Shown: positions 1-8,774, counted from the first letter of the stretch. The stretch is DNA of 51,631 bases from Gemmatimonadales bacterium UBA6960 (GCA_963577685.1 CAUZAE010000001.1:1-51631); one strand, 5' to 3'. Numbers and translations are program-made. The notes: generated by a model from the letters alone, not told the origin.

Positions 1-79
1 TTTGACGCCAAAAGGATTCAATGGGTTGCACACCCTGCCGCGGCGTGCTCAAGACTACATACGCTCGAGGATTTTTCGA

Positions 80-499
80 TTACACCGAGGCGGATGGCCG
101 TGCGCGGAATACGGCGACTTCGAGTGGGGGGTCGACGGTGGAATAAAAATGCAGACGATTCTCACCGTCGATGACCACCTTCTTCTGTCGAGTTCGAGTC
201 TTGGGATAGTCCCGTCCCTGCTCACTTCCCACCAGCAAGTACTCGCGTTCGCCCAAACCGGCGTTCAACTCCTCGAGTTGCGCGAGCAGATCCTCGAGCA
301 AGGCAGACTCGGCCTCGTCCTGCACGTTGCCCTCCGACTCTGCCACGAGCGCATGCTCCGACACTCGTTCGTAGTTCGACAAGAAATCGTCGTAGGCAGC
401 AAACTGCTGCTCTCGCCGAAAGCCGATCTCCGTGAAGGCCTTGGAGTCGAAGTTCGTCACGACGCTCTGAATGGTCGTGCCGTAGCGGCGTAATATCAC
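80..499 (-). CDS. hypothetical protein (139 aa), downstream of and co-oriented with the DEAD-box helicase
   Basis: Open frame with balanced amino-acid composition and high third-position GC when I translated it. The opposite-strand ORF 2..493 reads like a shadow frame. GTG start lies 11 nt after the helicase stop. No family recognised. Confidence 0.5.
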   Translation of the reverse strand: MILRRYGTTIQSVVTNFDSKAFTEIGFRREQQFAAYDDFLSNYERVSEHALVAESEGNVQDEAESALLEDLLAQLEELNAGLGEREYLLVGSEQGRDYPKTRTRQKKVVIDGENRLHFYSTVDPPLEVAVFRARPSASV

Positions 500-509
500 C
501 CAGCGCTTC

Positions 510-1790
510 TCAAGACTTCAAAAGTTCCTCTAGTTCTTCAGCGGTGAGATCATCGACGCTGCGAGACCCCATCCCGGTCGGCGCGCGCGAGTGTCGCCCC
601 CGAGTGGACGACGCACTGGTCGTGGCCTGCGGCACGCCGGCGTAATCGAACTCTGAGATATGGATCCGTTCGAGATCTCGCCCGATGTGATAGGTCAGAG
701 TCTTGTAGGCTCCGAGATCTCCGGCAGCGACGAACGTAACGGCAGTGCCGACAGCTCCCGCCCGCGCCGTCCGACCAATTCGGTGGGTATAGTCCTCCGG
801 GTCACTCGGCACGTCGTAGTTGACGACGTGGGAAATGCCTTCGACGTCGAGGCCGCGTTGAGCGATGTCCGTGGCGACGAGAACGCGCACTTTCTTTTGG
901 CTGAACCGCTCGAGAGCTCTCGTCCGGTGCGCCATTCTGAGATTCGAATGCATAGCCTCGGTGCGAATGCCGTGACGCTCGAGACGTGTCTTCAAGGCGT
1001 CGGCCCCAGCCTTGGTCCGGGTGAAAATGAGCACCTGTTCCCACTCCGGATCTTCCAGAAGTCGGAGTAGGAGGTCCGGCTTCATCTCCGGCTTTACCGA
1101 GTACACGAGCTCGGTGATGCCCTCCGCCTTGGTGCCCGACGGCGCCGCTTCGATCCAGACGGCATCTTTGGTGATTCTCGACGCGAGATCATGGACACCG
1201 TGCGGCATCGTGGCCGAAAACAGCATCGTCTGCCGGGACCGAGGAACCTCACGAAGTATGCCCTCGATCTGGGGGCGAAATCCCATGTCGAGCATGCGGT
1301 CGGCCTCATCGAGCACTAGCGTACGCACGGCACCGAGCTTCACACGACCCCGTCCCAAGTGATCGAGAAATCTTCCCGGCGTCGCGCTGATCACTTCAAA
1401 ACCCTTCTCGAGCGCCTCCAACTGAGGACCGTAACTCACGCCCCCATAGATAGACGCGGCCCTGAGTTGGGATCCCTTCGCCAAGGCCGCCGTGTCATCG
1501 CAGACCTGCTGAGCCAACTCACGCGTGGGACAGAGCACCAACACCTGAAGGCCCTGCCCTGCTTCGATCCTTTCCAGACAGGGGATCATGAAAGCCCCAG
1601 TCTTGCCCGTTCCGGTCTGGGCGATGCCGACGATGTCTCCGCCCGCCATGCCGGCAGGAATGCTCCTGACCTGGATCGGCGTCGGTTGCTCCCATCCTAG
1701 CGCCTCTACGGCCGCGAGCAGGGCTTCAGATACGCCCAGGTCCTCAAATGTTTTCTGTCCAGAAACATCTTCTATGATCTCGTCTTCCAC
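510..1790 (-). CDS. DEAD-box ATP-dependent RNA helicase (RhlE/DeaD-like)
   Basis: All canonical motifs are present in the translation: Q motif PTPIQ, motif I AQTGTGKT, Ia PTRELA, II VLDEAD, III SAT (FSATMP), VI HRIGRTARAG. Confidence 0.95.
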   Translation of the reverse strand: MEDEIIEDVSGQKTFEDLGVSEALLAAVEALGWEQPTPIQVRSIPAGMAGGDIVGIAQTGTGKTGAFMIPCLERIEAGQGLQVLVLCPTRELAQQVCDDTAALAKGSQLRAASIYGGVSYGPQLEALEKGFEVISATPGRFLDHLGRGRVKLGAVRTLVLDEADRMLDMGFRPQIEGILREVPRSRQTMLFSATMPHGVHDLASRITKDAVWIEAAPSGTKAEGITELVYSVKPEMKPDLLLRLLEDPEWEQVLIFTRTKAGADALKTRLERHGIRTEAMHSNLRMAHRTRALERFSQKKVRVLVATDIAQRGLDVEGISHVVNYDVPSDPEDYTHRIGRTARAGAVGTAVTFVAAGDLGAYKTLTYHIGRDLERIHISEFDYAGVPQATTSASSTRGRHSRAPTGMGSRSVDDLTAEELEELLKS

Positions 1791-1934
1791 TCAAATTCCT
1801 TCGCAGCGTGACTCGGATAAACGTCACGCCTCAATGTGATGCCGGGTGCGCCAGTACCGAATGAGCCTATAAGTTGAAGTCAAAGGAACCAGATTCAAAG
1901 CCTAACGCCCACTTCTACGCACCCGTCTATCGAC

Positions 1935-2429
1935 ATGCCCACCGATCTAGACGCCTCCGTTCTCTTCGTATGTCTCGGCAATATCTGCCGCTCCCCGCTA
2001 GCCGAGGGGGTCCTCGCCCACCGCCTGGAGGAAGCCGGCGTCTCGGAACGCGTCCGTGCCGAGTCCGCGGGCACGGGGGCTTGGCACGTGGGACAGGTGC
2101 CTGATCCCCGTTCCATTGCCGTGGCAGCCGAGCACGGAATCGAGCTGAAGGGCCACGCGCGCCAGGTGCGCCTGGAGGACTTCGTCGAGTTCACCTTGAT
2201 CCTGGCCATGGACCGCAGCAACCTCAAGGATCTTCAGGATCTGGAGTCCGGCACTGGCTCCAACACGTCTGTTCAACTCTTCAGCGACTTCGATCCCGAT
2301 CCTGACACGCACCCCGACGTGCCCGATCCATACTATGGGGGAGAAGAAGGCTTCGAGCGGGTCTTCAAGATGGTCGATCGCACGTGCCACGCCCTTGTCG
2401 AGCATATTCTCGGTGGGCTCGCCCCTTGA
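1935..2429 (+). CDS. low-molecular-weight protein-tyrosine phosphatase (arsenate reductase/LMW-PTP fold)
   Basis: P-loop VLFVCLGNICRSPLAEG (CX5R-S) near the N-terminus and the DPYYG general-acid motif near the C-terminus. The 164 aa size fits the family. Confidence 0.93.
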   Translation: MPTDLDASVLFVCLGNICRSPLAEGVLAHRLEEAGVSERVRAESAGTGAWHVGQVPDPRSIAVAAEHGIELKGHARQVRLEDFVEFTLILAMDRSNLKDLQDLESGTGSNTSVQLFSDFDPDPDTHPDVPDPYYGGEEGFERVFKMVDRTCHALVEHILGGLAP

Positions 2430-3337
2430 GTGCACTGCTCCCCAACAACGTCCGCAAAGCCGTAGAGCGCGCCCTCCGCGCCAAGACGGGCTCCACGATG
2501 GAGATCTTGAACTGCCAGGCGATTGCCGGGGGCTGTATTCATCCGGCCCTCAAATTAGCCACTGACCTGAACGAGGACTTCTTCGTCAAGTGGAGCCCGC
2601 ACGCGGAGGGAGACGCGTTCGCCGCTGAAGCCGACGGCATCCAGGCTCTTCATGACGCCGACGCACTCATGGTCCCAGAGTTGATAGGCTACTCGGAGCC
2701 CGGTCAGGAACCTGCTTGGATCCTCATGGAGTTCATCCCTCACGGCAAACCGGCCGTCGACCACCCCGAGCGACTGGGCGATGGACTCGCGGCCCTGCAC
2801 CGCAGCCGTCCCGAGCCTTACGGCTGGGAACGAGCGAACTTGATCGGATCACTCCCCCAGTGCAACGAAGTGATGGACGACTGGCCTGAATTCTGGTGGC
2901 AGCGAAGGCTAGAGCCTCAAGTGGCGTTGGCGCACGACCGCAGGATGCTTCCGGATCGACACGCTGAGTGGACCCGCCTCGAGGCGAGTCTCGAGACCCT
3001 TTTGGCCGGTGCAACCGACGAGGGGCCTTCACTCCTCCATGGCGATCTCTGGAGCGGGAACACGTTCGCGGGTCCATCCGGGGAGCCAGTGCTGATCGAC
3101 CCTGCCGTGTACCGTGGGCACAGAGAGGTAGACTTGGCCATGACGGAGCTCTTCGGGGGATTCCCGGCCCGATTCTACTCCGCGTACGAGAATCGATGGC
3201 CGCTTAGGGAGGGGTATCGCGAGCGCCGGCGAGCGATTTACCAACTTTATCCTCTATTGGTCCACGTCAATCTCTTCGGCGCCCAATACGTGGATTCTAC
3301 GACCCAAGCCCTCGACAAAGCCCTGCGAGCCGTCTGA
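2426..3337 (+). CDS. fructosamine/ketosamine-3-kinase family protein
   Basis: Kinase-like motifs LLHGDLWSGN and DPAVYRGHREVDLAM. The ORF track starts it at 2384, but an in-frame TTG at 2426 overlaps the upstream TGA (TTGA), so I prefer that start. The start remains uncertain; ATG at 2498 is another option. Confidence 0.85.
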   Translation: MSALLPNNVRKAVERALRAKTGSTMEILNCQAIAGGCIHPALKLATDLNEDFFVKWSPHAEGDAFAAEADGIQALHDADALMVPELIGYSEPGQEPAWILMEFIPHGKPAVDHPERLGDGLAALHRSRPEPYGWERANLIGSLPQCNEVMDDWPEFWWQRRLEPQVALAHDRRMLPDRHAEWTRLEASLETLLAGATDEGPSLLHGDLWSGNTFAGPSGEPVLIDPAVYRGHREVDLAMTELFGGFPARFYSAYENRWPLREGYRERRRAIYQLYPLLVHVNLFGAQYVDSTTQALDKALRAV

Positions 3338-3338
3338 C

Positions 3339-4547
3339 CTAGCCCGTCGCAGAAGCGGAGTCGTTAACCGCACCTGCAAACCGATGCAGCGCCTCCTCCA
3401 ACAGTTCGTCGGACGTGGCGAAGCTGATCCGCGCAAAACGATCGTCACCGAAAGCCGCACCGGGCACCATCGCTACGCCGGTCTGTTCAAGAAGCCAAGA
3501 GCAGAATTCGGTGGAACCCGAGATCCCGGAGCGGAACAGCTCATCCACCTGGAGGAAGAAGTAGAACGTCCCCGACGGCTCTACGAATCGGACTTGTGGA
3601 AGAAAGTCACGCAGAAGGGTGGTGACCCGGTCTCGTCGTCGCCGGAAAGCCACGACCATCTCCTGGGCCGCCCCACGCGCCCGCTCCGGATCGGAGAACG
3701 CGCCGACGGCCGCCATTTGAGAAGGCGTCGCCGCATTGGATGTCGTGTGGCTCTGCAGCGCTACCAGCTTCTTCGCCGTCTCGACGTCAGAATAGGAAAA
3801 GCCGATACGCCACCCGGTCATGGCGAAGCTCTTCGAGGCACCATCGATCAAGACGAAGCGCCCCAGAGCGTCGCTCGGCAACTCGAGGACGCTCGGTGCC
3901 CGGGACCGATCGTCCCCAAAGTAGATCTCCCTGTAGATCTCGTCGGCGATGAGTGTGACGCGCCGATCCTTGGCCCACTCCGCAACCGCCTCGAGTTCCT
4001 CCACCGAGTATACGGCCCCCGTCGGGTTGCACGGAGAGCAGAGGATGAGGCCCCTGGTGCACTCCGTGTACGAAGCGTCTAGATGCTCGGGTGTGAGAAG
4101 GAAATTCTTCTCGGGAGGGCCTGCTACGAAGACCGCTTTGGATCCCGCCAAGGATACGATTTGCGGATAACTCGTCCAATATGGAGCCGCCACGAGCACC
4201 TCATCGCCCGGACCGAAGAGGGCGAAGGCCGCGTTGAAGAGCGCCTGTTTGGCACCCGACCCGACCACGACCCCTTCCCACTCAATGGGGGCGCTGGCCA
4301 CCGACTCCAGATATCCCGCGATCGCCCGTCTCAGTTCCGGCAGTCCAGGCACCGGCGTATAGCGGGTGCGCCCGGACCGGATGCCGGCCACCGCCGCGTC
4401 CGCCATCCACTCCGGAGTATCGAAGTCCGGCTCACCGGCGCTCAAATCGATGATATCGCGGCCTTCGGCTCGGAGTCGCCCAGCCAGTGAGCTCACGGCG
4501 ATGGTAGCCGAGGGTCGTAGGTGGGCGATGTTCGGGCTGTATTCCAT
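3339..4547 (-). CDS. class I/II pyridoxal-phosphate aminotransferase (aspartate aminotransferase-like)
   Basis: PLP-lysine motif GASKSFAMTGWRIGF and N-terminal GEPDFDTP. I trimmed the start to Met37 (ATG at 4547). This gives the canonical N-terminus (MEYSPNIAHLRPSATIAV). The 36 upstream codons have visibly lower GC3 and would overlap the divergent gene at 4648. Confidence 0.9.
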   Translation of the reverse strand: MEYSPNIAHLRPSATIAVSSLAGRLRAEGRDIIDLSAGEPDFDTPEWMADAAVAGIRSGRTRYTPVPGLPELRRAIAGYLESVASAPIEWEGVVVGSGAKQALFNAAFALFGPGDEVLVAAPYWTSYPQIVSLAGSKAVFVAGPPEKNFLLTPEHLDASYTECTRGLILCSPCNPTGAVYSVEELEAVAEWAKDRRVTLIADEIYREIYFGDDRSRAPSVLELPSDALGRFVLIDGASKSFAMTGWRIGFSYSDVETAKKLVALQSHTTSNAATPSQMAAVGAFSDPERARGAAQEMVVAFRRRRDRVTTLLRDFLPQVRFVEPSGTFYFFLQVDELFRSGISGSTEFCSWLLEQTGVAMVPGAAFGDDRFARISFATSDELLEEALHRFAGAVNDSASATG

Positions 4548-4647
4548 CTGCCGAATATCTAGGGGAGTCGGGGGTGGATCAAGTGACCGAACCACCGCCT
4601 CTCCTCGCTGACATTGATTCCACCGGGCAGCCACGGCAATTTTCGCC

Positions 4648-5235
4648 ATGGCCAAGCCCCCTTCAGTAACCTTCTACTTCGACTACGTGGATCCGGGCTC
4701 CTACGTGTTGGAGAAACAACTGGTCCGGGTGCTCCCTGACGACATCGTTGTCATCCACCATCCCTTCGAGCTGCGCCCGGTGAGCCAGCCTATCCTCGAC
4801 GCCGAGAGCCCCGAGTGGGTCACCTATTGCGAGGCAGTCGGGAAGCTGGCCGACGAAATCGATCTCCGTCTAGCCTGTCCACCCTTTCTGCCATGGAGTC
4901 GGAAGGCACACGAGCTTCGGCTCCATGCCGTCGAGCAGGGGATGGGGGCGGGCATACACGAAGCGCTCCTCAAGGCTCGTTTCGAAGAGGGAGCGGACGT
5001 AGGACGAATCGACGTACTTGTGGGTATCGCCGATGGAGCGGGCCTAGATGTGACCGAGTCGAAAGCGGTGCTCGACGTGGACCGCCACGCTGGTACGGTC
5101 TCTGACCTTCGCCACCGAGCCGAGATGGCGGGCATCAGCCGCACGCCGACTCTCCGCATCGGCACGGCGAGCCTTGAAGGTCCAGCCCGGATCGACGACC
5201 TTCGAGGGTTTCTGGAGGGAGCGCTCCCTGTTTGA
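4648..5235 (+). CDS. DsbA-fold protein, 2-hydroxychromene-2-carboxylate isomerase/FrnE-like, without a CxxC motif
   Basis: N-terminal VTFYFDYVDPGSYV matches the DSBA-family strand-loop, but DPGS occupies the position of CPxC. The C-terminal GISRTPTL resembles the cis-Pro loop region. Confidence 0.75.
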   Translation: MAKPPSVTFYFDYVDPGSYVLEKQLVRVLPDDIVVIHHPFELRPVSQPILDAESPEWVTYCEAVGKLADEIDLRLACPPFLPWSRKAHELRLHAVEQGMGAGIHEALLKARFEEGADVGRIDVLVGIADGAGLDVTESKAVLDVDRHAGTVSDLRHRAEMAGISRTPTLRIGTASLEGPARIDDLRGFLEGALPV

Positions 5236-5310
5236 TGGGGACGCCCTCTTCCTCCTATGACCCGTACTGCTCGTACAGAGCATCTCGCGAGTCGAGACCG
5301 AGGGACACAC

Positions 5311-5613
5311 ATGGCGGGTTACCAGCGTAAGACGGCACTCACCCCGGCTGAAGTTCTGGCAAAAGCCGAGGAGCTCATTCCAGCGTGGATCGGTCTGGCA
5401 AGATCGAAGAGCTCTGCCCACGGAGCGACTTACACAGGTGGAGAAGGCACCGTGACGCTTTCGGTTCATCGCCATGGACCCTACACGGACGTCCTTGCGT
5501 CGAGCGATCGCCTGCGCACCTCACGCATGGACTACGAGATTCAGAAGTTTCTTACCGAACTCCCCTACGAGCCTGGCGACGCCGGAGGACCGGGCTCGGG
5601 GGACCCGTCCTGA
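5311..5613 (+). CDS. hypothetical protein (100 aa)
   Basis: ATG at 5311 is preceded by GAGGGA. The stop TGA (5611-5613) overlaps the ATG (5613) of the next gene. No family recognised. Confidence 0.55.
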   Translation: MAGYQRKTALTPAEVLAKAEELIPAWIGLARSKSSAHGATYTGGEGTVTLSVHRHGPYTDVLASSDRLRTSRMDYEIQKFLTELPYEPGDAGGPGSGDPS

Positions 5614-7211
5614 TGTATTCTTTCGAGGATCTGCAACTGGCCGACGAGTTGGTCGAAGCCCTTACATCGGAGGGGCTCGAACAACCCACCGAGTTTCAGC
5701 GAGCAGCCATCCCGGTGATGCGGCGCGGGAACAACCTCCTCGGAGCCGCCGGTCCAGGAGCGGGAACGCTCGTGGCCTACGGAGCGGTCTGCCTCGAGAA
5801 AGTCGATCCGTCTTCAGGCCTCCCCGGCGCGTTGATCCTCACGGCTACCGCAGCTGCAGCCACGGAGCTAGCCGAATCCCTCGGCCGCATCGCACTGTCG
5901 ACCGGGCACTCGATCAGCGCCCTGGGAGGCGCTTGGGCCGAGCCAGAGCGATCCGACGTGCTCTTCGGGACGGCGCAGACGATACGGGAGGCCGTCGACG
6001 CATCGCGACTCTCGCTGCAAGGAATCCGCTCGGTAATCGTCGACAATGCGAGTACCATCGAGGCCGCCGGCGGGCTGGATGAGGTGAGTAGCCTTCTCGA
6101 ATACGTATCACCCGATGTGCAACGGATCATACTCAGCCTGCCAGTCACTGACATCGTTCAGGCCTTCGTAGCGACGCATGCTCCCAAGGCAGTGCAAGTC
6201 CCTCCAGGCGTGGCCCCGACTTTGGACCGCTCCAAGCGGACCAGAGGATGCCTGCATTTCCGAATCACCGAAGAGGACAAGGCTGCGGCGTTGCTAGACC
6301 TCGTGTCCGAGCTCAAGGCAGGTGGTGCCCGACAGATCGTCCTGTTCTGCCGCTCCGAGGATTGGGCAGCTGACGTCGGGGACTTCCTGACGTTACATGG
6401 CTTTCCGGCTGGGGCTCCGGGTGATGACGCCTTTCAGATCTGGCTCGCGGTTGAGCCGCTAGGCACCCGCGACGCGCTACGATCCCTCTCAGACCAGAGC
6501 GACATACGCACGGTGAGCGTCGACTGCCCGCCCGACATCGACACTCTCGACCGACGGCACGGATTTGGAGATCGCGCCATCGTGCTTCTCTTCCCTCGTG
6601 AGATTCCGCACTTCAGAGATACCGCACGTCGAGCAGGGTACGAGGTTCGCCCCCTCCCCCCCAAGCCGTCCCCACTCGAGGGCCACATCGCCCAAATCCG
6701 TATGGATTTAGCCAACGCAGCCTCCAGGATGGATCTCGCCCCATATTACCTACTACTCGAGCCACTCTTCGAGAAATTTAGTCCCCAGGAGCTCGCGACT
6801 GCCGCTGTCGCCCTACTTTCCGGTGGTGTAAGCCCCGAGGAAACGGCTCGCACAGAGCCTGCGCCGGGCCTACAGCAAACGACGGACCTTCCGGAGTGGA
6901 CCCGCCTTTTCGTGAGCATCGGAGAGATGGAAGGGGTCACACCAGGCAGCCTGCTGGGAACACTGGCGGGCGAGTCCGGTGTCGACGGAGCATGCTTCGG
7001 TAAGATCGAAATACGTGACACGTACTCCCTGGTCGAAGTGACGTCATCCGTCGCGGAAAAGGTGATCAAGGCGGTAAACGGCGTGAGCATTCGGGGCCGG
7101 AGCGCGCGTGTGGACTACGATCGTGGCGGAAAAGGGAGAGGGTCCGGAGACGCCGGAAAAGGGGTTCGGGGAAAGCGCGGGGGTAGGGGACCGACTCCTG
7201 GCCAAAAGTAG
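5613..7211 (+). CDS. DEAD-box helicase-like protein with degenerate ATPase motifs and a DbpA-type C-terminal RNA-binding domain plus RGG-like tail
   Basis: The N-terminus FEDLQLADELVEALTSEGLEQPTEFQRAAIP matches the DEAD-box Q-motif region. Motif I is AAGPGAGTL (no GKT lysine), motif II is VIVDNAS (no DEAD), there is no SAT, and motif VI is DRRHGFGDRA. The C-terminus (WTRLFVSIGEMEGVTPGSLLGTLAGE...KIEIRDTYSLVEV...) resembles the DbpA/DeaD RRM-like domain, followed by a GKGRGSGDAGKGVRGKRGGRG tail. I set the start at ATG 5613 (ATGA overlap) rather than the track start at 5385. Confidence 0.8.
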   Translation: MYSFEDLQLADELVEALTSEGLEQPTEFQRAAIPVMRRGNNLLGAAGPGAGTLVAYGAVCLEKVDPSSGLPGALILTATAAAATELAESLGRIALSTGHSISALGGAWAEPERSDVLFGTAQTIREAVDASRLSLQGIRSVIVDNASTIEAAGGLDEVSSLLEYVSPDVQRIILSLPVTDIVQAFVATHAPKAVQVPPGVAPTLDRSKRTRGCLHFRITEEDKAAALLDLVSELKAGGARQIVLFCRSEDWAADVGDFLTLHGFPAGAPGDDAFQIWLAVEPLGTRDALRSLSDQSDIRTVSVDCPPDIDTLDRRHGFGDRAIVLLFPREIPHFRDTARRAGYEVRPLPPKPSPLEGHIAQIRMDLANAASRMDLAPYYLLLEPLFEKFSPQELATAAVALLSGGVSPEETARTEPAPGLQQTTDLPEWTRLFVSIGEMEGVTPGSLLGTLAGESGVDGACFGKIEIRDTYSLVEVTSSVAEKVIKAVNGVSIRGRSARVDYDRGGKGRGSGDAGKGVRGKRGGRGPTPGQK

Positions 7212-7218
7212 ATGCGAG

Positions 7219-7255
7219 GAGGCCACACCCCCTAGATCGTTGGGGGCGTGGCCTC
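7219..7255. terminator. GC-rich hairpin between convergent genes, a putative bidirectional intrinsic terminator
   Basis: GAGGCCACACCCCC (7219-7232) and GGGGGCGTGGCCTC (7242-7255) form a 14-bp stem with one G-U position and a 9-nt loop. It lies between the stop at 7211 (+) and the stop at 7303 (-). No clear U-tract. Confidence 0.55.
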
Positions 7256-7302
7256 GCTCAGATCCTTCCCTTTCATGGAGGGGCTAGTAAGCCCCCAAGA
7301 AC

Positions 7303-7590
7303 TCAACTTCCTCGGATCGCGTCCTTGAACCCTTTACCAGCCCGGAAGCCAGGAGTCTTCGATGCCGCGATATGAATCGTGGCGCCAGTGCGGGGGTTTC
7401 TACCCATCCGCGCCTTCCTGTGCTTGGCTTCAAACGTCCCGAAGCCCGTGATCTGAACCCGCTCGCCCGACCTCAAGGCACTCGCGATGACGCCGGATGT
7501 GCCGAACAGCGCGTCCAGGGCCCGAGAAGCATCAGCCTTGGTCATGCCGGCGCTCTCGGCAAGGGCATCTACTAGATCGGATTTGTTCAT
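7303..7590 (-). CDS. hup: HU family nucleoid-associated DNA-binding protein
   Basis: MNKSDLVDALAESAGMTKADASRALDALF...ITGFGTFEAKHRKARMGRNPRTGATIHIAASKTPGFRAGKGFKDA is a full-length HU/IHF fold (95 aa). I set the start at the internal ATG (7590); the upstream 46 codons look non-coding. Confidence 0.93.
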   Translation of the reverse strand: MNKSDLVDALAESAGMTKADASRALDALFGTSGVIASALRSGERVQITGFGTFEAKHRKARMGRNPRTGATIHIAASKTPGFRAGKGFKDAIRGS

Positions 7591-7872
7591 GTTTTCGCTC
7601 CTAAAAAGGGTTGATGCGTCACGCAGTTCACGGCCGCCACCAGTCTCTACCGCCCCGACTGAGACCCACGCGTCTCGGGCCTCGCGCGCGAATTCTGCAA
7701 CAAGTTGTGTCGGGACTGATCCAGACAAGCGTTGGTTAGCAACACGGTAAGGTGCGGTAACCGGGCCGTCAAGGGAAAAAACGGCCGAAAACCCTCTTCC
7801 TACATAGGTTTTCGAGAAGGTCCGGACACTTGCCTTTTTTCTTCACCCGTTTTGGAGGAGGTTGATCGAACC

Positions 7873-8733
7873 GTGCGTGTGTTTGTCCCGCGCTTTTTAG
7901 GAGCCCTGGCGTATCTTCTCGGAGTGACAGTCGTGGGGGTACTAGGCTATATGGCCATAGAAGGATGGCAAGCCCAGGAAGCCCTCTACATGACCGTGAT
8001 CACGATCACCGCCGTGGGCTATTCCGAGGTTCATCCGTTAAGCGAACTAGGACGCAACTTCACGATGGTGCTCCTCGCGGCGGGAATCACAGGCATCGGA
8101 GTTTGGTTCGCCCTCATCACCTCGTTTATCGTCGAGTTTGATCTCACCGACGTCAGAAGGAGACGCAGGAACATGCGCACGTTAGAGCGACTGACGGATC
8201 ATTTCGTCCTCTGCGGAGTGGGGAGGACCGGCCGGCAAGTCATGGAGGAATTCTGTCCCTCGGACAAGACTTCGTGGTGATCGAGCGAGACCTGGCCCAG
8301 CTGGAGTGGATCCATGAGCAGTACCCCGACGTGTCGACTGTGGCCGGCGACGCCACGCTCGACATGAGGTTGCATGAGGCCGGGATTACCAAAGCGAAGG
8401 GACTCCTCTGTTGCTTGGGCGTCGACACGGACAATGTCTTCGTCTGTCTTTCGGCGAGAGATCTCAATTCTCAGTTGACGATCGTCGCCGGAGCACTGGA
8501 AGAGGGGTCGACGGACAAGCTCTTTCGAGCCGGAGCCAACCATGTCGTGAGCCCCAACATCAGCGGGGCGATTCGCATGACGTCCATGCTGCTCCGCCCG
8601 GAGATGGTCTCTTTTCTGGACATCGTCGCCCGCCAACCCGGTAGCGGACACGAGGTTGGAAATAGGGGACGAAATGATCGTCTTGGGGAAACACGACCAA
8701 GTGGTTCAACTCAGGGAGTACGCGGGAACCTGA
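7873..8733 (+). pseudogene. disrupted K+ channel with RCK/TrkA-N domain (frameshift plus apparent internal deletion)
   Basis: The frame starting near 7873 encodes two TM helices, a pore (TITAVGYSEV) and the start of an RCK_N Rossmann fold (HFVLCGVGRTGRQVMEE). The homology continues in another frame (LSLGQDFVVIERDLAQL...GANHVVSPN...FLDIV), which implies a 1-nt indel near 8249-8252. After about 8630 sensible sequence returns to the first frame (NPVADTRLEIGDEMIVLGKHDQVVQLREYAGT, stop at 8731-8733). Most of an RCK_C domain appears to be missing. Confidence 0.65.
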
Positions 8734-8774
8734 CGGCTAGCCCGGCGTCATCGGGTACCTATATCATCGCGTAA

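Noticed and set aside
2-493. 163-aa plus-strand ORF at the window start.
   Set aside because: It overlaps almost exactly the minus-strand ORF 80-499. That ORF has the more protein-like composition, higher GC3 and operon context with the helicase. I treat the plus-strand ORF as a shadow frame, though neither frame has a recognised family.
5385-5612. 5' extension of the degenerate-helicase ORF (the track gives 608 aa).
   Set aside because: The extension overlaps the 5311-5613 ORF in another frame and is Arg/Pro/Trp-rich. DEAD-box homology starts right at Met 5613, which forms an ATGA overlap.
7741-7790. Possible minus-strand promoter for HU (TTGACG, 17 nt spacer, TACCGT).
   Set aside because: The -10 hexamer matches the consensus only at positions 1, 2 and 6, and it would imply a roughly 150-nt leader. 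This is too weak to report as a feature without transcript-start data.
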